Shown: piece after piece, positions 9,034-21,052 of the stretch
Position numbering within the stretch: position 1 is the first letter of the stretch
How the letters are laid out: the number at the start of each line of letters is the position of its first letter
Sequence record: DRR378314_1864
Reading direction: 5' to 3' (one strand)
DNA length: 64,000 nucleotides
Made by a program: the position numbers and the translations under genes
The notes under the pieces: model-generated
What the model was told of the DNA's origin: nothing
The model's input: the letters and a program-made list of their open reading frames with translations, nothing else
The model's database searches: none

Positions 9034-11889
9034 GTGGTTATGCTGACTCCCGACAACAAACTGATGAGCGAGACTGAAACAACCTGGGAACGTTTTAAAG
9101 AGGTTGCAGAGAGTATTACACTCACAGCTGAACAGGAGCAAATATTACGGGCATTATTCGCTGTCAGCCCGTTCATTGGCAGGGTTGCGGAAAGTTACCC
9201 AGAGCATCTTTTAACCGACTTTTTTGACGACGGTGGAACGAGTATTTGTTTGGTTGATGCTGACAGCTACGGTGACCGTATAGCAGAGTCGTTAAGTCAA
9301 ACAACGAATGACGATGACGCAAAAAAATGCCTCCGCAGGCTACGGCACTGTTGGATGGCGAAGCTGGCAGCAGCCGACATTCTGCAGCAAGTGTCGCTAA
9401 AAGAATCTCTACACCATTACAGTACCTTTGCTGATGCAGCAATCAATAAGAGTCTGGAGTGGTTGTTTGAACGTTTTGTCCAACGCCACGGTAAACCGCT
9501 AGATGCTAATGATCAGCTAATGCCAATGCTGGTCATTGGAATGGGGAAGCTGGGTGGAAAGGAGCTGAATTTCTCTTCCGATATTGACCTTATTTTTGCT
9601 TTTCCTGAACAAGGTGAAACTCAGGGACCTGGACGTAATCTGGAGCACGGTGTTTTCTATAAGCGGCTGGCGCAGTCACTGATTGGGTTACTTGACGAGA
9701 CGACTGCGGACGGGCAAGTGTTCCGGGTCGATATGCGGTTAAGACCTTTTGGTCAGTCGGGTCCGCTGGTAACCAGTTTGAATGCGCTGGAGCATTACTA
9801 TCAGGAGCAGGGCCGGGACTGGGAACGTTACGCCATGGTTAAAGCTCGCATGATAGGGGCTGATGAACAGTATGAGCAAGCATTTCAACAGTTGATACGA
9901 CCTTTCGTTTACCGCCGCTATATTGATTTTGGCGCCATTGAAGCGCTGCGTAAAATGAAGCTTTTGATTACCCAGGAAACCCGCCGACAGGGCGTTAAAA
10001 ATAACATCAAGCTGGGTGCCGGTGGGATTCGCGAAGTTGAGTTTATTGTTCAGGCGCATCAGCTTATCCGCGGGGGGCAGGAAAAATCACTGCAGACGCG
10101 TTCAGTTTACACTGCTATGAATGGCTTGGTGGAACTGGACTTAATAGATTCAGAGAATGCCAGGCAGCTGCTAAAAGATTACGAATACTTGCGGGTTATT
10201 GAGCACCGCCTGCAACAAATTGATGACCAGCAAACTCAGCAATTACCCAGCGATGAAACTGGCCGCGCACGGTTGTGCACAATGCTGAATGAACCTGAGT
10301 GGGAAACCTTGCAGAGAAAAATAGACAAGTGCATGGAGCGCATTCATGCTGAGTTCCAGCAAGTGGTTGGCGCGGAGTCTGAAGATGACGAGGATGAACA
10401 AGGCTTGCAGGTTTTGTGGCAGGACATGCTGGATGATGATGCTGCGATAGAAATCATAGAGAGCGAGGGCGTTGATGAACCTCAGGCATTATGGACTCTG
10501 ATTAAAAACTTTCGCCAGGAGAGCCGCCGTCGTAGTTCGGGCCCAAGAGGGCGTTCAGCGTTAGCTAGGTTAATGCCCATAATGCTCCGGCATGCCATTC
10601 AGCATCAGCACCCGGAGCGGCTACTGGAAAGGCTGCTTTCTATTATCAAGGCGGTTATGAGTCGAACGGCGTACATTGAACTGCTGGCGGAAAACCCCGG
10701 CGCCCGCGAGCAGCTTTGCAAATTGTGTATGGCTAGCCCATGGATCTCTGAACAGTTGGCTTTGCACCCCATACTTCTGGATGAACTGATTGACCCGCAG
10801 CAGCTATACAGCCTACCTGAGTCAAAGGACTACGCGGCAGTGCTACGAGAATATCTTGTACGTATTCCTGAACAAGATCTGGAAACTCAAATGGATGCGT
10901 TGCGTCAGGCTAAGCAGGCGCTGCAACTGAAAATTGCTGCAGCGGATATCAGTGGCGTTTTGGAACTGATGAACGTTAGTGATCATTTGAGTGCGCTGGC
11001 AGAAGCCACTATTTCTCAAGTGGTCGGTCTGGCCTGGCAACATTTGACTCAAAAACATGGGAAGCCCGCGGGAACCAGTATCGATAATACCGGATTCGCA
11101 GTATTGGGATATGGGAAACTAGGCGGGCAGGAGCTGGGTTATGGTTCCGATCTTGATCTCGTTTTTGTAACGGATGCTAATTATCAGGGGCAGACAGACG
11201 GTCAACGACCGATTGAAGTTCAGCAGTTTTACTTAAGACTGGCGCAACGAATTCTGCATTTATTTACTACCCGTACCGTTGCAGGCATTTTGTATGACGT
11301 GGATTTACGCTTGCGCCCGTCAGGGCAGGCTGGTTTACTGGTGACGCAGGTGGGCTCTTTTGCCCGTTATTTGCGCGACGACGCCTGGACCTGGGAGTTG
11401 CAGGCACTGGTGCGTGCGCGGCCTGTATTCGGCGTTCCGGCTTTAAGGGATACGGTTATGGATATACGCCGGAGTGTTCTTTCTCAACAACGAGATGAAC
11501 ACGAACTGCGTCAGAATATCGTTAGTATGCGAGAAAAAATGCGTGAGCATCTGACCCAAAGAAACAGTCGGAAGTTCGACTTAAAACAAGACCCGGGTGG
11601 TATCGCTGATATTGAATTTATTACTCAGTACCTGGTTCTGCGTTACGCACATCAATATCCGGAGCTATGCAAATACAGTGATAACGTCAGGCTTCTGACT
11701 GAAGCGCAACAGTTACACCTACTTACAGAGGTGGACGCTCAGAATTTAATTAACGCCTTTCAGATTTTCCGCTGTGAGAGTCATTCGCTGGCGTTGCAGG
11801 GGGAGCAGTTATTGGAGGAGCACAATCTGGACAGCGAACGTCAGGCTGTGCTCAATTGCTGGAATCATTTATTGGAAGATGACTTGTAG
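9034..11889 (+). CDS. glnE: glutamine synthetase adenylyltransferase/deadenylylase
   Basis: Two nucleotidyltransferase domains (MGKLGGKELNFSSDIDL; YGKLGGQELGYGSDLDL); start may be ATG 9040. Confidence 0.96.
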   Translation: MVMLTPDNKLMSETETTWERFKEVAESITLTAEQEQILRALFAVSPFIGRVAESYPEHLLTDFFDDGGTSICLVDADSYGDRIAESLSQTTNDDDAKKCLRRLRHCWMAKLAAADILQQVSLKESLHHYSTFADAAINKSLEWLFERFVQRHGKPLDANDQLMPMLVIGMGKLGGKELNFSSDIDLIFAFPEQGETQGPGRNLEHGVFYKRLAQSLIGLLDETTADGQVFRVDMRLRPFGQSGPLVTSLNALEHYYQEQGRDWERYAMVKARMIGADEQYEQAFQQLIRPFVYRRYIDFGAIEALRKMKLLITQETRRQGVKNNIKLGAGGIREVEFIVQAHQLIRGGQEKSLQTRSVYTAMNGLVELDLIDSENARQLLKDYEYLRVIEHRLQQIDDQQTQQLPSDETGRARLCTMLNEPEWETLQRKIDKCMERIHAEFQQVVGAESEDDEDEQGLQVLWQDMLDDDAAIEIIESEGVDEPQALWTLIKNFRQESRRRSSGPRGRSALARLMPIMLRHAIQHQHPERLLERLLSIIKAVMSRTAYIELLAENPGAREQLCKLCMASPWISEQLALHPILLDELIDPQQLYSLPESKDYAAVLREYLVRIPEQDLETQMDALRQAKQALQLKIAAADISGVLELMNVSDHLSALAEATISQVVGLAWQHLTQKHGKPAGTSIDNTGFAVLGYGKLGGQELGYGSDLDLVFVTDANYQGQTDGQRPIEVQQFYLRLAQRILHLFTTRTVAGILYDVDLRLRPSGQAGLLVTQVGSFARYLRDDAWTWELQALVRARPVFGVPALRDTVMDIRRSVLSQQRDEHELRQNIVSMREKMREHLTQRNSRKFDLKQDPGGIADIEFITQYLVLRYAHQYPELCKYSDNVRLLTEAQQLHLLTEVDAQNLINAFQIFRCESHSLALQGEQLLEEHNLDSERQAVLNCWNHLLEDDL

Positions 11890-12806
11890 TAGCTTGGCAT
11901 GTCAGGGTCGGGGCGGGTTTTAAACCTGCGGTGAACCCAGAGGTACTGGGCCGGAGCTTTTAGAATGGCGTCTTCCACCAAACCATTAACGCGTTCGGCA
12001 TCCGCTTTCTTGTCTCCCGTGGGGAAATTTTCAAGCGGCGGTTCGTAAAAGAGATCGTAACCGCTTCCGTCGTCACGTCTGACGCAACGGCTTACCATGA
12101 CTTTGCAGTTCGGGTTGCGGGCAAAAAGCATAGTACCCAAGGTTGTTGAAGCATCTGGTACTTCAAAGAACTTAACAAACTCGACGCGACGACGGCCATA
12201 ATCCTGATCCGGAAGATAGCCGGCGATATCACCTTCGGTCAGTGATCTCATCATCGCTTTAACATCGCGACGCTGGATCATATATTTGTTTGAACGCCCT
12301 CTGCCGCGGGTTTGTAAGAACTCCATGACCGCATTATTATGTGGGCGGTAAAGACCTACAGCTGGCTCGACAAAGCCATGTAAGCGGGCATGAACTTCTA
12401 AGCTCAGGAAGTGAAAGAGCAATAACAGTACGCCGCTGCCATCCTCCTGTGCCTTACGTAAGTGCTCTTCACCATGGACGTGTAGCTTACGTTTAATTCG
12501 CCAGTTCGGCCACCACCAGGCCATGCCAACTTCAAAGTATGCGATTCCGGTATTTTTCATATTTTCGGTTAGCAATGCCTCGATCTTCTCATTGCTGTAT
12601 TCCGGGAAGCAAAGCTTTAAGTTGGTACGGGCTATATTCACCCTGCGCGGCATGAGTTTTTTAAACAACAAGCCCAACCCGCGCCCCATGGCAAGCTGTA
12701 GCCAATAAGGCAGCCATGACACGCTATACAGGATGAAAACACCGAGCCAGGTAAGCCAAAACTTAGGATGTAAAAAGTAGAATTTAAATTTGGGAGGTTC
12801 GATCAC
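11865..12806 (-). CDS. lpxL: lipid A lauroyl/palmitoleoyl acyltransferase
   Basis: HFLSLE, PDQDYG, QYLWVHRRFKTRP; 25-nt 3' overlap with glnE. Confidence 0.9.
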   Translation of the reverse strand: MIEPPKFKFYFLHPKFWLTWLGVFILYSVSWLPYWLQLAMGRGLGLLFKKLMPRRVNIARTNLKLCFPEYSNEKIEALLTENMKNTGIAYFEVGMAWWWPNWRIKRKLHVHGEEHLRKAQEDGSGVLLLLFHFLSLEVHARLHGFVEPAVGLYRPHNNAVMEFLQTRGRGRSNKYMIQRRDVKAMMRSLTEGDIAGYLPDQDYGRRRVEFVKFFEVPDASTTLGTMLFARNPNCKVMVSRCVRRDDGSGYDLFYEPPLENFPTGDKKADAERVNGLVEDAILKAPAQYLWVHRRFKTRPDPDMPSYYKSSSNK

Positions 12807-12867
12807 AGCTGATGTCGCTTATTATTCGCTATTTGCCGCGGATAGTAACATAAAAATTCTAAAATGA

Positions 12868-12893
12868 GGCACCGCCAATAGTCAGGCGGTGCC
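12868..12893 (-). terminator. hairpin terminator after tolC
   Basis: GGCACCGCC-8nt-GGCGGTGCC followed on minus strand by TCATTTT. Confidence 0.6.
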
Positions 12894-12906
12894 ACGGTCG
12901 GCGCAA

Positions 12907-14292
12907 CTAGTCTGCGGCAGTGCCTTGTACGTTTTCAGAAAGACTGCTGTTAATCGCCATCAGGTCTTGTTCCTGCAGTTGTCCAGCGGCTTTTTCCAGA
13001 GTCAGCACTTGACGGATGTAGCCATAGCGCGCTTCTGATAAGTTACGTTTTGCATTGTAAAGGTTACGAGTACTGTCCAGCACGTCAACAATAGTACGAG
13101 TACCTACTTCAAACCCTGCTTCTGTGGCTTTTAATGCACTTTCGGCAGAAACAACTGACTGTTGAAATGCTTTAATACTGGCAATTGACGCAGAGACTTC
13201 ATAAAAAGAGTTACGAACTTGACGCTCCACATTACGGCGGGTCTGCACCATTTGTTGACTGCTAACAACGTAGTTATCCCGCGCTTGCGCAATTTCAGAT
13301 GACGTGCGGAACCCGGAGAAAATAGGAACACTGACATTCAGGCCAATCGAACGGCTGTCGAGTCGGGGCAAATTCGTTGTCTGCTCTTGTCCATTATCGC
13401 CGGTAATTGTGCGCTCGTTATCACTTGTGGAATAGCGTGCCTCTAAAGATACTGTAGGGTAGTGTCCACTTTGCTGCAGTTTTATTTGTTGCTCTGCAAT
13501 TTCTACCTGTACCTGACTCTCCAGTAAACTCAAGTTAGCATTTTCAGCTTTTTTAACCCATGTTTCGATGTTGTCAGGAGATGGATCGCTCGGAGAAAAT
13601 GTTTCAGTGTTTAGAGCCGCGAGATCTTGTGGGTAGCGACCAGTAATTTCACGAATGTCTTCCAAAGCAATTTTGACTGCATTCTTGGCCTGAATTTCAC
13701 TAGCGACAGCGCTATCATACTGAGCTTGTGCTTCGTGGACATCAGTAATAGCTGTTAAACCTACCGAAAAACGCTGTTTCGTTTGTTCAAGTTGGCGTTC
13801 AATGGCTTTTTTCTCAGCTTCAGCGAAAGATAAATCGTCGCGCGCCTGCAAAGCCTGAAAATAAGCATTAACAACACGGATCATTAAATCTTGCTGAGCG
13901 TTACTGTAGGCAACTTCTGCCTGGTATGCTTGTTTTTCTGCAATATCTGCATTTTTCCAGACACTCCAGTCAAAAAGGCTTTGATTAAGACTTACACCTG
14001 CACTCCAGCCATTGCTGTCAGTATCAAAAACCTGAATGCCGGATTCAAAAACCTGAGGTGATTCGCTGGTCGAGTCAGTGTAACCTGCGTCACCTGTAAT
14101 TTGTGGCAGGAATCCTGACTTGGCAATATCAATGCCTTTTTGTGCGGCGTTTCGCTCCGCTGCGGCACTTAATAGGGTCGGGTCGTTATCAACGGCTAAA
14201 CGATAAATTTGAGCCAAATCTTCAGCGTTTGACGTAAAAGATACTGTGGTCAGTGCCAGACCGACGGCTGCCGACAAAATATGCTTTTTCAT
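12907..14292 (-). CDS. tolC: outer membrane channel TolC
   Basis: Signal peptide MKKHIL..., GLTAITDVHEAQA, GFEVGTRTIVDVL; divergent from nudF. Confidence 0.95.
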   Translation of the reverse strand: MKKHILSAAVGLALTTVSFTSNAEDLAQIYRLAVDNDPTLLSAAAERNAAQKGIDIAKSGFLPQITGDAGYTDSTSESPQVFESGIQVFDTDSNGWSAGVSLNQSLFDWSVWKNADIAEKQAYQAEVAYSNAQQDLMIRVVNAYFQALQARDDLSFAEAEKKAIERQLEQTKQRFSVGLTAITDVHEAQAQYDSAVASEIQAKNAVKIALEDIREITGRYPQDLAALNTETFSPSDPSPDNIETWVKKAENANLSLLESQVQVEIAEQQIKLQQSGHYPTVSLEARYSTSDNERTITGDNGQEQTTNLPRLDSRSIGLNVSVPIFSGFRTSSEIAQARDNYVVSSQQMVQTRRNVERQVRNSFYEVSASIASIKAFQQSVVSAESALKATEAGFEVGTRTIVDVLDSTRNLYNAKRNLSEARYGYIRQVLTLEKAAGQLQEQDLMAINSSLSENVQGTAAD

Positions 14293-14477
14293 GGTAGTCA
14301 GTTTCCTGTTACTTAACGTGCAATTGTTCAATGATTGCGCATAGTTTACATACAGTGTTGAATGATTACCAGTGTAAATGATTTGCGCAGATAGTTTAAG
14401 AAAAACATGGTTTCAGAATTCGCTCAAGTGTAACAGAATGTTTGTCTTATCCGCCTATGTAAAAAAGGACACTAAGT

Positions 14478-15095
14478 ATGACAATTCGTTTTCACCGGAA
14501 TGATGTGAAAGTAAAGGAAAAGGCACCTCTTTATCAAGGTTTTTTATCGGTTTATCGGTATTCTTTACAACATCGCCTGTTTTCTGGTGACTGGAGCCCA
14601 GAAATAAATCGGGAATTAATGGAACGTGGACACGCTGTTGTGGTTATTCCTTATGATCCAATCAGGGATGAATTGGTTGTTTTGGAGCAGTTCAGGGTTG
14701 GTGCACTCGACGACAGAAATGGGCCATGGTTGTTTGAGTTCGTTGCCGGTATGTTTGACGCGGACGAGAGCTCAGAGCAAGTGGCCACGCGTGAATTAGA
14801 GGAAGAAGCTGGATTAAAAGCTAAGCGGCTAATTTACGCTACCAGCTATTATTCAAGCCCGGGTGGTACCGACGAGAAACTGACTATTTATATTGCCGAA
14901 GTCGACAGTCAATCGGCTGCCAGTTTTGGCGGGTTAGCTGAAGAAGACGAAGATATTCGAGTCCACGTTTTACCCAGAACAGAAGTTATTGGCATGCTCG
15001 AACGTGAAGAAATCAACAACGCGGCAAGTGTTATTGGGTTACAATGGTTGCTATTACATCGTGATAAGGTGTTCTTTGACCAGGAGCAAAACTGA
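14478..15095 (+). CDS. nudF: ADP-ribose pyrophosphatase (Nudix)
   Basis: Nudix box GMFDADESSEQVATRELEEEAG, QFR, SSPGG, EDEDIRV. Confidence 0.92.
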   Translation: MTIRFHRNDVKVKEKAPLYQGFLSVYRYSLQHRLFSGDWSPEINRELMERGHAVVVIPYDPIRDELVVLEQFRVGALDDRNGPWLFEFVAGMFDADESSEQVATRELEEEAGLKAKRLIYATSYYSSPGGTDEKLTIYIAEVDSQSAASFGGLAEEDEDIRVHVLPRTEVIGMLEREEINNAASVIGLQWLLLHRDKVFFDQEQN

Positions 15096-15104
15096 GGTTT
15101 TATT

Positions 15105-15566
15105 ATGCAACAGCGCTATGTTGTCGACGTTGCGGAACTGCACCGACTAACCGAACTAAATTACGCAGGCCTTTTACCGCTGCTGTCTCAGCTTGAATCT
15201 GAAGCTGAGGTAACGCTCTACGCGGGCGAAAATTTGGCTTTCAATTTACGCAACGTCAGTGAATCGCGATACACCTCAGATATAGAAATTGAGCAATTGA
15301 AGCCAAACTGGGCGGATTACTTGCAGGCGAAAATGACGGTAAGATTATACCATGATGTGCGTATGGCTGAGATCATATCCAGTCAGGGTGTTACCCGATT
15401 AGCGGCACGTTATCAACAACCTAACCGCGAAATGCGGCACCGGGACGAAAAGCATCAGGTTAATCAGTTTTTGGCTGACTGGTTAACCTTGTGTCGAAAG
15501 CAAGGTCATATTCAACCAAAACTCAGTGAAGCCGTTCAGAAATTTATGCCTTACTACTTCAAATAG
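15105..15566 (+). CDS. yqiB: DUF1249 family protein
   Basis: VRLYHDVRMAE, DEKHQVNQFLADWL; synteny. Confidence 0.88.
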   Translation: MQQRYVVDVAELHRLTELNYAGLLPLLSQLESEAEVTLYAGENLAFNLRNVSESRYTSDIEIEQLKPNWADYLQAKMTVRLYHDVRMAEIISSQGVTRLAARYQQPNREMRHRDEKHQVNQFLADWLTLCRKQGHIQPKLSEAVQKFMPYYFK

Positions 15567-15620
15567 ACGTCAGTTAGCGGTAAATTGAGGCACACTTTTC
15601 GCGGATCGAGCCAATAATAA

Positions 15621-17525
<1,905 letters not shown>

Positions 17526-17551
17526 GCACTTGTGAGCAAGGAGAAGTCAGA

Positions 17552-19795
17552 ATGTCGACGGAAGTTACAGAAACCCGCCCACTGAGTCGCTTTACCGAAG
17601 AGGCCTACCTTAATTACTCCATGTACGTAATTATGGACAGGGCATTGCCGAATATTGGCGATGGCCTGAAGCCGGTACAGCGACGCATTGTTTATGCAAT
17701 GTCAGAGCTGGGTTTGTCTGCATTAGCAAAATATAAAAAATCGGCTCGTACCGTGGGTGATGTGCTGGGTAAGTTCCACCCGCATGGCGACAGTGCCTGT
17801 TATGAAGCAATGGTATTAATGGCGCAGCCCTTTACCTATCGTCACCCGTTGGTTGATGGTCAGGGTAACTGGGGTTCGCCGGATGACCCTAAGTCTTTCG
17901 CGGCCATGCGTTATACCGAAGCCCGGTTGTCTAAGTTCAGCGAAGTACTGCTGAGTGAGCTGGGTCAGGGCACGGTTGACTGGATACCGAATTTCGACGG
18001 CACCATGAAAGAACCTCAGGTACTGCCGGCACGGTTACCACATATTTTGCTGAATGGCGTAACTGGCATTGCGGTTGGCATGGCGACGGACATCCCGCCG
18101 CACAATGCCCGTGAAGTAGCAAATGCCTGCGCGATGTTACTGGAAAAGCCCGGTAGCCAGCTTGAAGATATTATGGAAGTCTTGAAAGGTCCTGACTATC
18201 CGACTGATGCGGAGATAATCACTCCGTCAGAAGACATCGTCAAACTCTACGAAACCGGACGAGGCAGCATTAAAATGCGAGCCTGTTACAGTATTGAAGA
18301 TGGCGAAATTGTTATTACTGCGCTACCGCACCAGGCATCTGGCGCAAGGGTTTTAGAGCAAATAGCGCATCAAATGCAGGCGAAAAAGTTACCTCTGGTT
18401 GCAGACTTACGTGATGAGTCTGACCATGAGAACCCGACTCGATTGGTAGTGGTTCCGCGTTCAAACCGTGTCGATACCGAACAGTTAATGAACCACCTGT
18501 TTGCTACCACTGACTTAGAAAAGCAGTATCGGGTTAATCTGAATATTCTCGGCTTAGACGGCCGGCCAAAAGTGAAGCCTTTGGTGGGCATTTTGAAAGA
18601 GTGGCTGGAATTCCGTCAGACCACTGTTACCCGACGTTTGCAGCATCGTTTAGATAAAGTGCTGGCCCGTTTGCATATTCTGGAAGGCTTACTCATTGCT
18701 TATCTGAATATTGATGAAGTCATTGAGATTATTCGTACAGAAGACAAGCCGAAAGAAGAGCTGATGAGCCGTTTTGCGCTCACCGATAAACAAGCCGAAG
18801 CGATTCTTGAATTGAAGTTACGTCACTTAGCTAAATTGGAAGAAATGAAGCTGACTGGCGAGCAGGATGAATTGAATAAAGAACGGGAAAAACTTGAGAC
18901 CTTGCTGGGTTCTGATCGTCGGTTGAAAACTTTAATTAAGAAAGAGTTGCTGGCGGATGCTGAGAATTATGGCGATGAACGTCGTTCACCTATTGTTGAA
19001 CGGTCTGAAGCAAAAGCGCTAAGCGAACGAGACTTAACCCCTGCTGAAGCGGTCACTGTTGTGCTCTCTAAAAAAGGCTGGGTACGTACAGCCAAAGGTC
19101 ACGATATAGAAGGTGATAAGCTCAGTTATAAATCCGGAGACAGCTATCTTTCTTCGGCTGAGGGGAAGAGTAATCAGCCGGTGGTGTTCCTCGATACTTC
19201 GGGGAAAAGCTTTTCTTGTGAGGCTCATTTGTTGCCATCAGCGAGAAGTCAGGGGGAACCTCTGACCGGACGTTTCAGCCTGGTTGCTGGCGAGAATGTC
19301 GAGCATGTTTTAATGGCAAAAGATGAAAGTCATTTGCTGCTGGCCTCTGACGCAGGCTACGGGTTTGTTTGCCAGTTTAGTGATTTAGTCAGCCGTAATA
19401 AAAATGGTAAAGCCATTATTACATTACCTACCGGGGCTAAGATCCTGCCGCCGAATAACGTGAATGACCTGCAACACGACAAAGTCATTGTTATTTCTAA
19501 CGAGGGCCGGATGTTGGTCTTCCCGGTTGCAGACTTACCGCAGTTGAGCAAAGGAAAAGGGAATAAATTAATTAGTATTCCGGCCTTAAGAGCGCAGTCC
19601 CGCGAGGAGTATGTGGTTGCTTTAGCTACCGCCGCGCCGGATACTGCCATTACTCTCATTGCAGGTAAACGCAAACTGACTCTGAAGCCGGCTGATTTAG
19701 AACATTATTACGGAGAACGTGGTCGCCGGGGCAATAAACTGCCGCGCGGGTTACAACGTGTCGACGAAATAGTGGTTGAGGAAAACAAGGATTAA
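17552..19795 (+). CDS. parC: DNA topoisomerase IV subunit A
   Basis: [28 protein letters not shown]. Confidence 0.97.
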   Translation: MSTEVTETRPLSRFTEEAYLNYSMYVIMDRALPNIGDGLKPVQRRIVYAMSELGLSALAKYKKSARTVGDVLGKFHPHGDSACYEAMVLMAQPFTYRHPLVDGQGNWGSPDDPKSFAAMRYTEARLSKFSEVLLSELGQGTVDWIPNFDGTMKEPQVLPARLPHILLNGVTGIAVGMATDIPPHNAREVANACAMLLEKPGSQLEDIMEVLKGPDYPTDAEIITPSEDIVKLYETGRGSIKMRACYSIEDGEIVITALPHQASGARVLEQIAHQMQAKKLPLVADLRDESDHENPTRLVVVPRSNRVDTEQLMNHLFATTDLEKQYRVNLNILGLDGRPKVKPLVGILKEWLEFRQTTVTRRLQHRLDKVLARLHILEGLLIAYLNIDEVIEIIRTEDKPKEELMSRFALTDKQAEAILELKLRHLAKLEEMKLTGEQDELNKEREKLETLLGSDRRLKTLIKKELLADAENYGDERRSPIVERSEAKALSERDLTPAEAVTVVLSKKGWVRTAKGHDIEGDKLSYKSGDSYLSSAEGKSNQPVVFLDTSGKSFSCEAHLLPSARSQGEPLTGRFSLVAGENVEHVLMAKDESHLLLASDAGYGFVCQFSDLVSRNKNGKAIITLPTGAKILPPNNVNDLQHDKVIVISNEGRMLVFPVADLPQLSKGKGNKLISIPALRAQSREEYVVALATAAPDTAITLIAGKRKLTLKPADLEHYYGERGRRGNKLPRGLQRVDEIVVEENKD

Positions 19796-19808
19796 TTGGG
19801 GAGTTTGG

Positions 19809-20549
19809 ATGTTAGCCTTGTTGCGATGGTTGTTTCTTGGTGGTTTTGTTGTGGTGTTTGGTGTCGTAGGCTGCTTGTTTTGTATTGTCCGGCCGTTCCA
19901 CCGCAACAATACCTATCGTTTTGCCCATATTTTTGGTTGGGCAATACGGGTTTTGGGGATGCGAATTGAGGTCAGCCGGCACCCGGATATTGAAAAGGGC
20001 GGGCCTTATGTCTTTATTTGTAATCATCAAAATAGCTGGGAAATTTTCACCATAGCAGCAATGCTGCCAAAAAATACGGTGACCGTTGGCAAGAAGAGCC
20101 TTAGATGGATACCTTTTTTCGGTTGGCTCTACTGGTTGGCAGGCAATATCCTTATAGACAGAAAAAATGCCGGTAAAGCCCATGGCACAATCGGGCAGAC
20201 TGCGGATGCGATAAAGCAGCGCGATATTTCGGTGTGGATGTTTCCTGAAGGCACCCGCAGTTATGGACGAGGCTTGTTGCCATTTAAAAACGGTGCTTTT
20301 CATACTGCGTACCGGGCGCAAGTGGACGTAGTGCCGGTTTGTGTATCTGAATTGCACGGTAAGATAAAAATGAACCGCTGGAATAACGGAGTGTTAAAAG
20401 TGGCGTTTCTTGAACCGGTGAGAATTGCCAATTATCAGCGAGAGAATCTACGTGAACTGAGTGCTCACTGTCATCAAAAAATGGATGATAAAATTAAGCA
20501 GTTAAACGCGAGCATTGAGCAAGAACAGGCTAAAAAGGAAAAAACATGA
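19809..20549 (+). CDS. plsC: 1-acyl-sn-glycerol-3-phosphate acyltransferase
   Basis: NHQ, FPEGTRS, PFKNGAF; ATG 19809 with GGGAG SD. Confidence 0.92.
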   Translation: MLALLRWLFLGGFVVVFGVVGCLFCIVRPFHRNNTYRFAHIFGWAIRVLGMRIEVSRHPDIEKGGPYVFICNHQNSWEIFTIAAMLPKNTVTVGKKSLRWIPFFGWLYWLAGNILIDRKNAGKAHGTIGQTADAIKQRDISVWMFPEGTRSYGRGLLPFKNGAFHTAYRAQVDVVPVCVSELHGKIKMNRWNNGVLKVAFLEPVRIANYQRENLRELSAHCHQKMDDKIKQLNASIEQEQAKKEKT

Positions 20550-20932
20550 GTCGAGATCTTAATGATCTACTTACCCAAAGTGAAGAAACTGTACAGGCTT
20601 TGATTGCTGATGGTGCAGAAACAGAACTCTTGTATGAAATTGAGCATCACTTAGCCAGCCAGGACTTTACCAAACTGGAAAAAGCCGCTGTTGAACTGGT
20701 CAAGCAGGGATATCATGTGGACGATGCCGACGAGTTTGAAGACGAACGAGGCAAGCGTTGGTTTGCGTTTATGGCGGTAACAGACGCTGAGCTTGATAAC
20801 GATATTTTAAACCGTCAGGTGCGTGAAATAGCCGCTATAGCTGATGAGTGCGAGGTGGAGTATGACGGCTGGGGTACGCTGATTGAAGACGAAGAACTTG
20901 ACGATGAAGACTTAGATGATGGAGAGGAATGA
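20546..20932 (+). CDS. rraB: regulator of RNase E activity RraB
   Basis: YEIEHH, EKAAVE, YDGWGT, acidic tail. Confidence 0.9.
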   Translation: MSRDLNDLLTQSEETVQALIADGAETELLYEIEHHLASQDFTKLEKAAVELVKQGYHVDDADEFEDERGKRWFAFMAVTDAELDNDILNRQVREIAAIADECEVEYDGWGTLIEDEELDDEDLDDGEE

Positions 20933-20992
20933 GCCTCTCTCAGCTTTTATTGGTAATTAAAGCAATAGGTTTGTTTTAGAATAGATGACGTT

Positions 20993-21028
20993 AAAAAAAG
21001 CCCGAATCTAATGATCCGGGCTTTTTTT
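20993..21028. terminator. bidirectional intrinsic terminator
   Basis: AAAAAAAGCCCG...CGGGCTTTTTTT. Confidence 0.88.
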
Positions 21029-21052
21029 GTTCAGCAATGGTGTAGTACAAAA

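Noticed and set aside
11865-11889. 25-nt convergent overlap of glnE and lpxL
   Set aside because: Short 3' overlaps are common in compact genomes; no sign of a special function.
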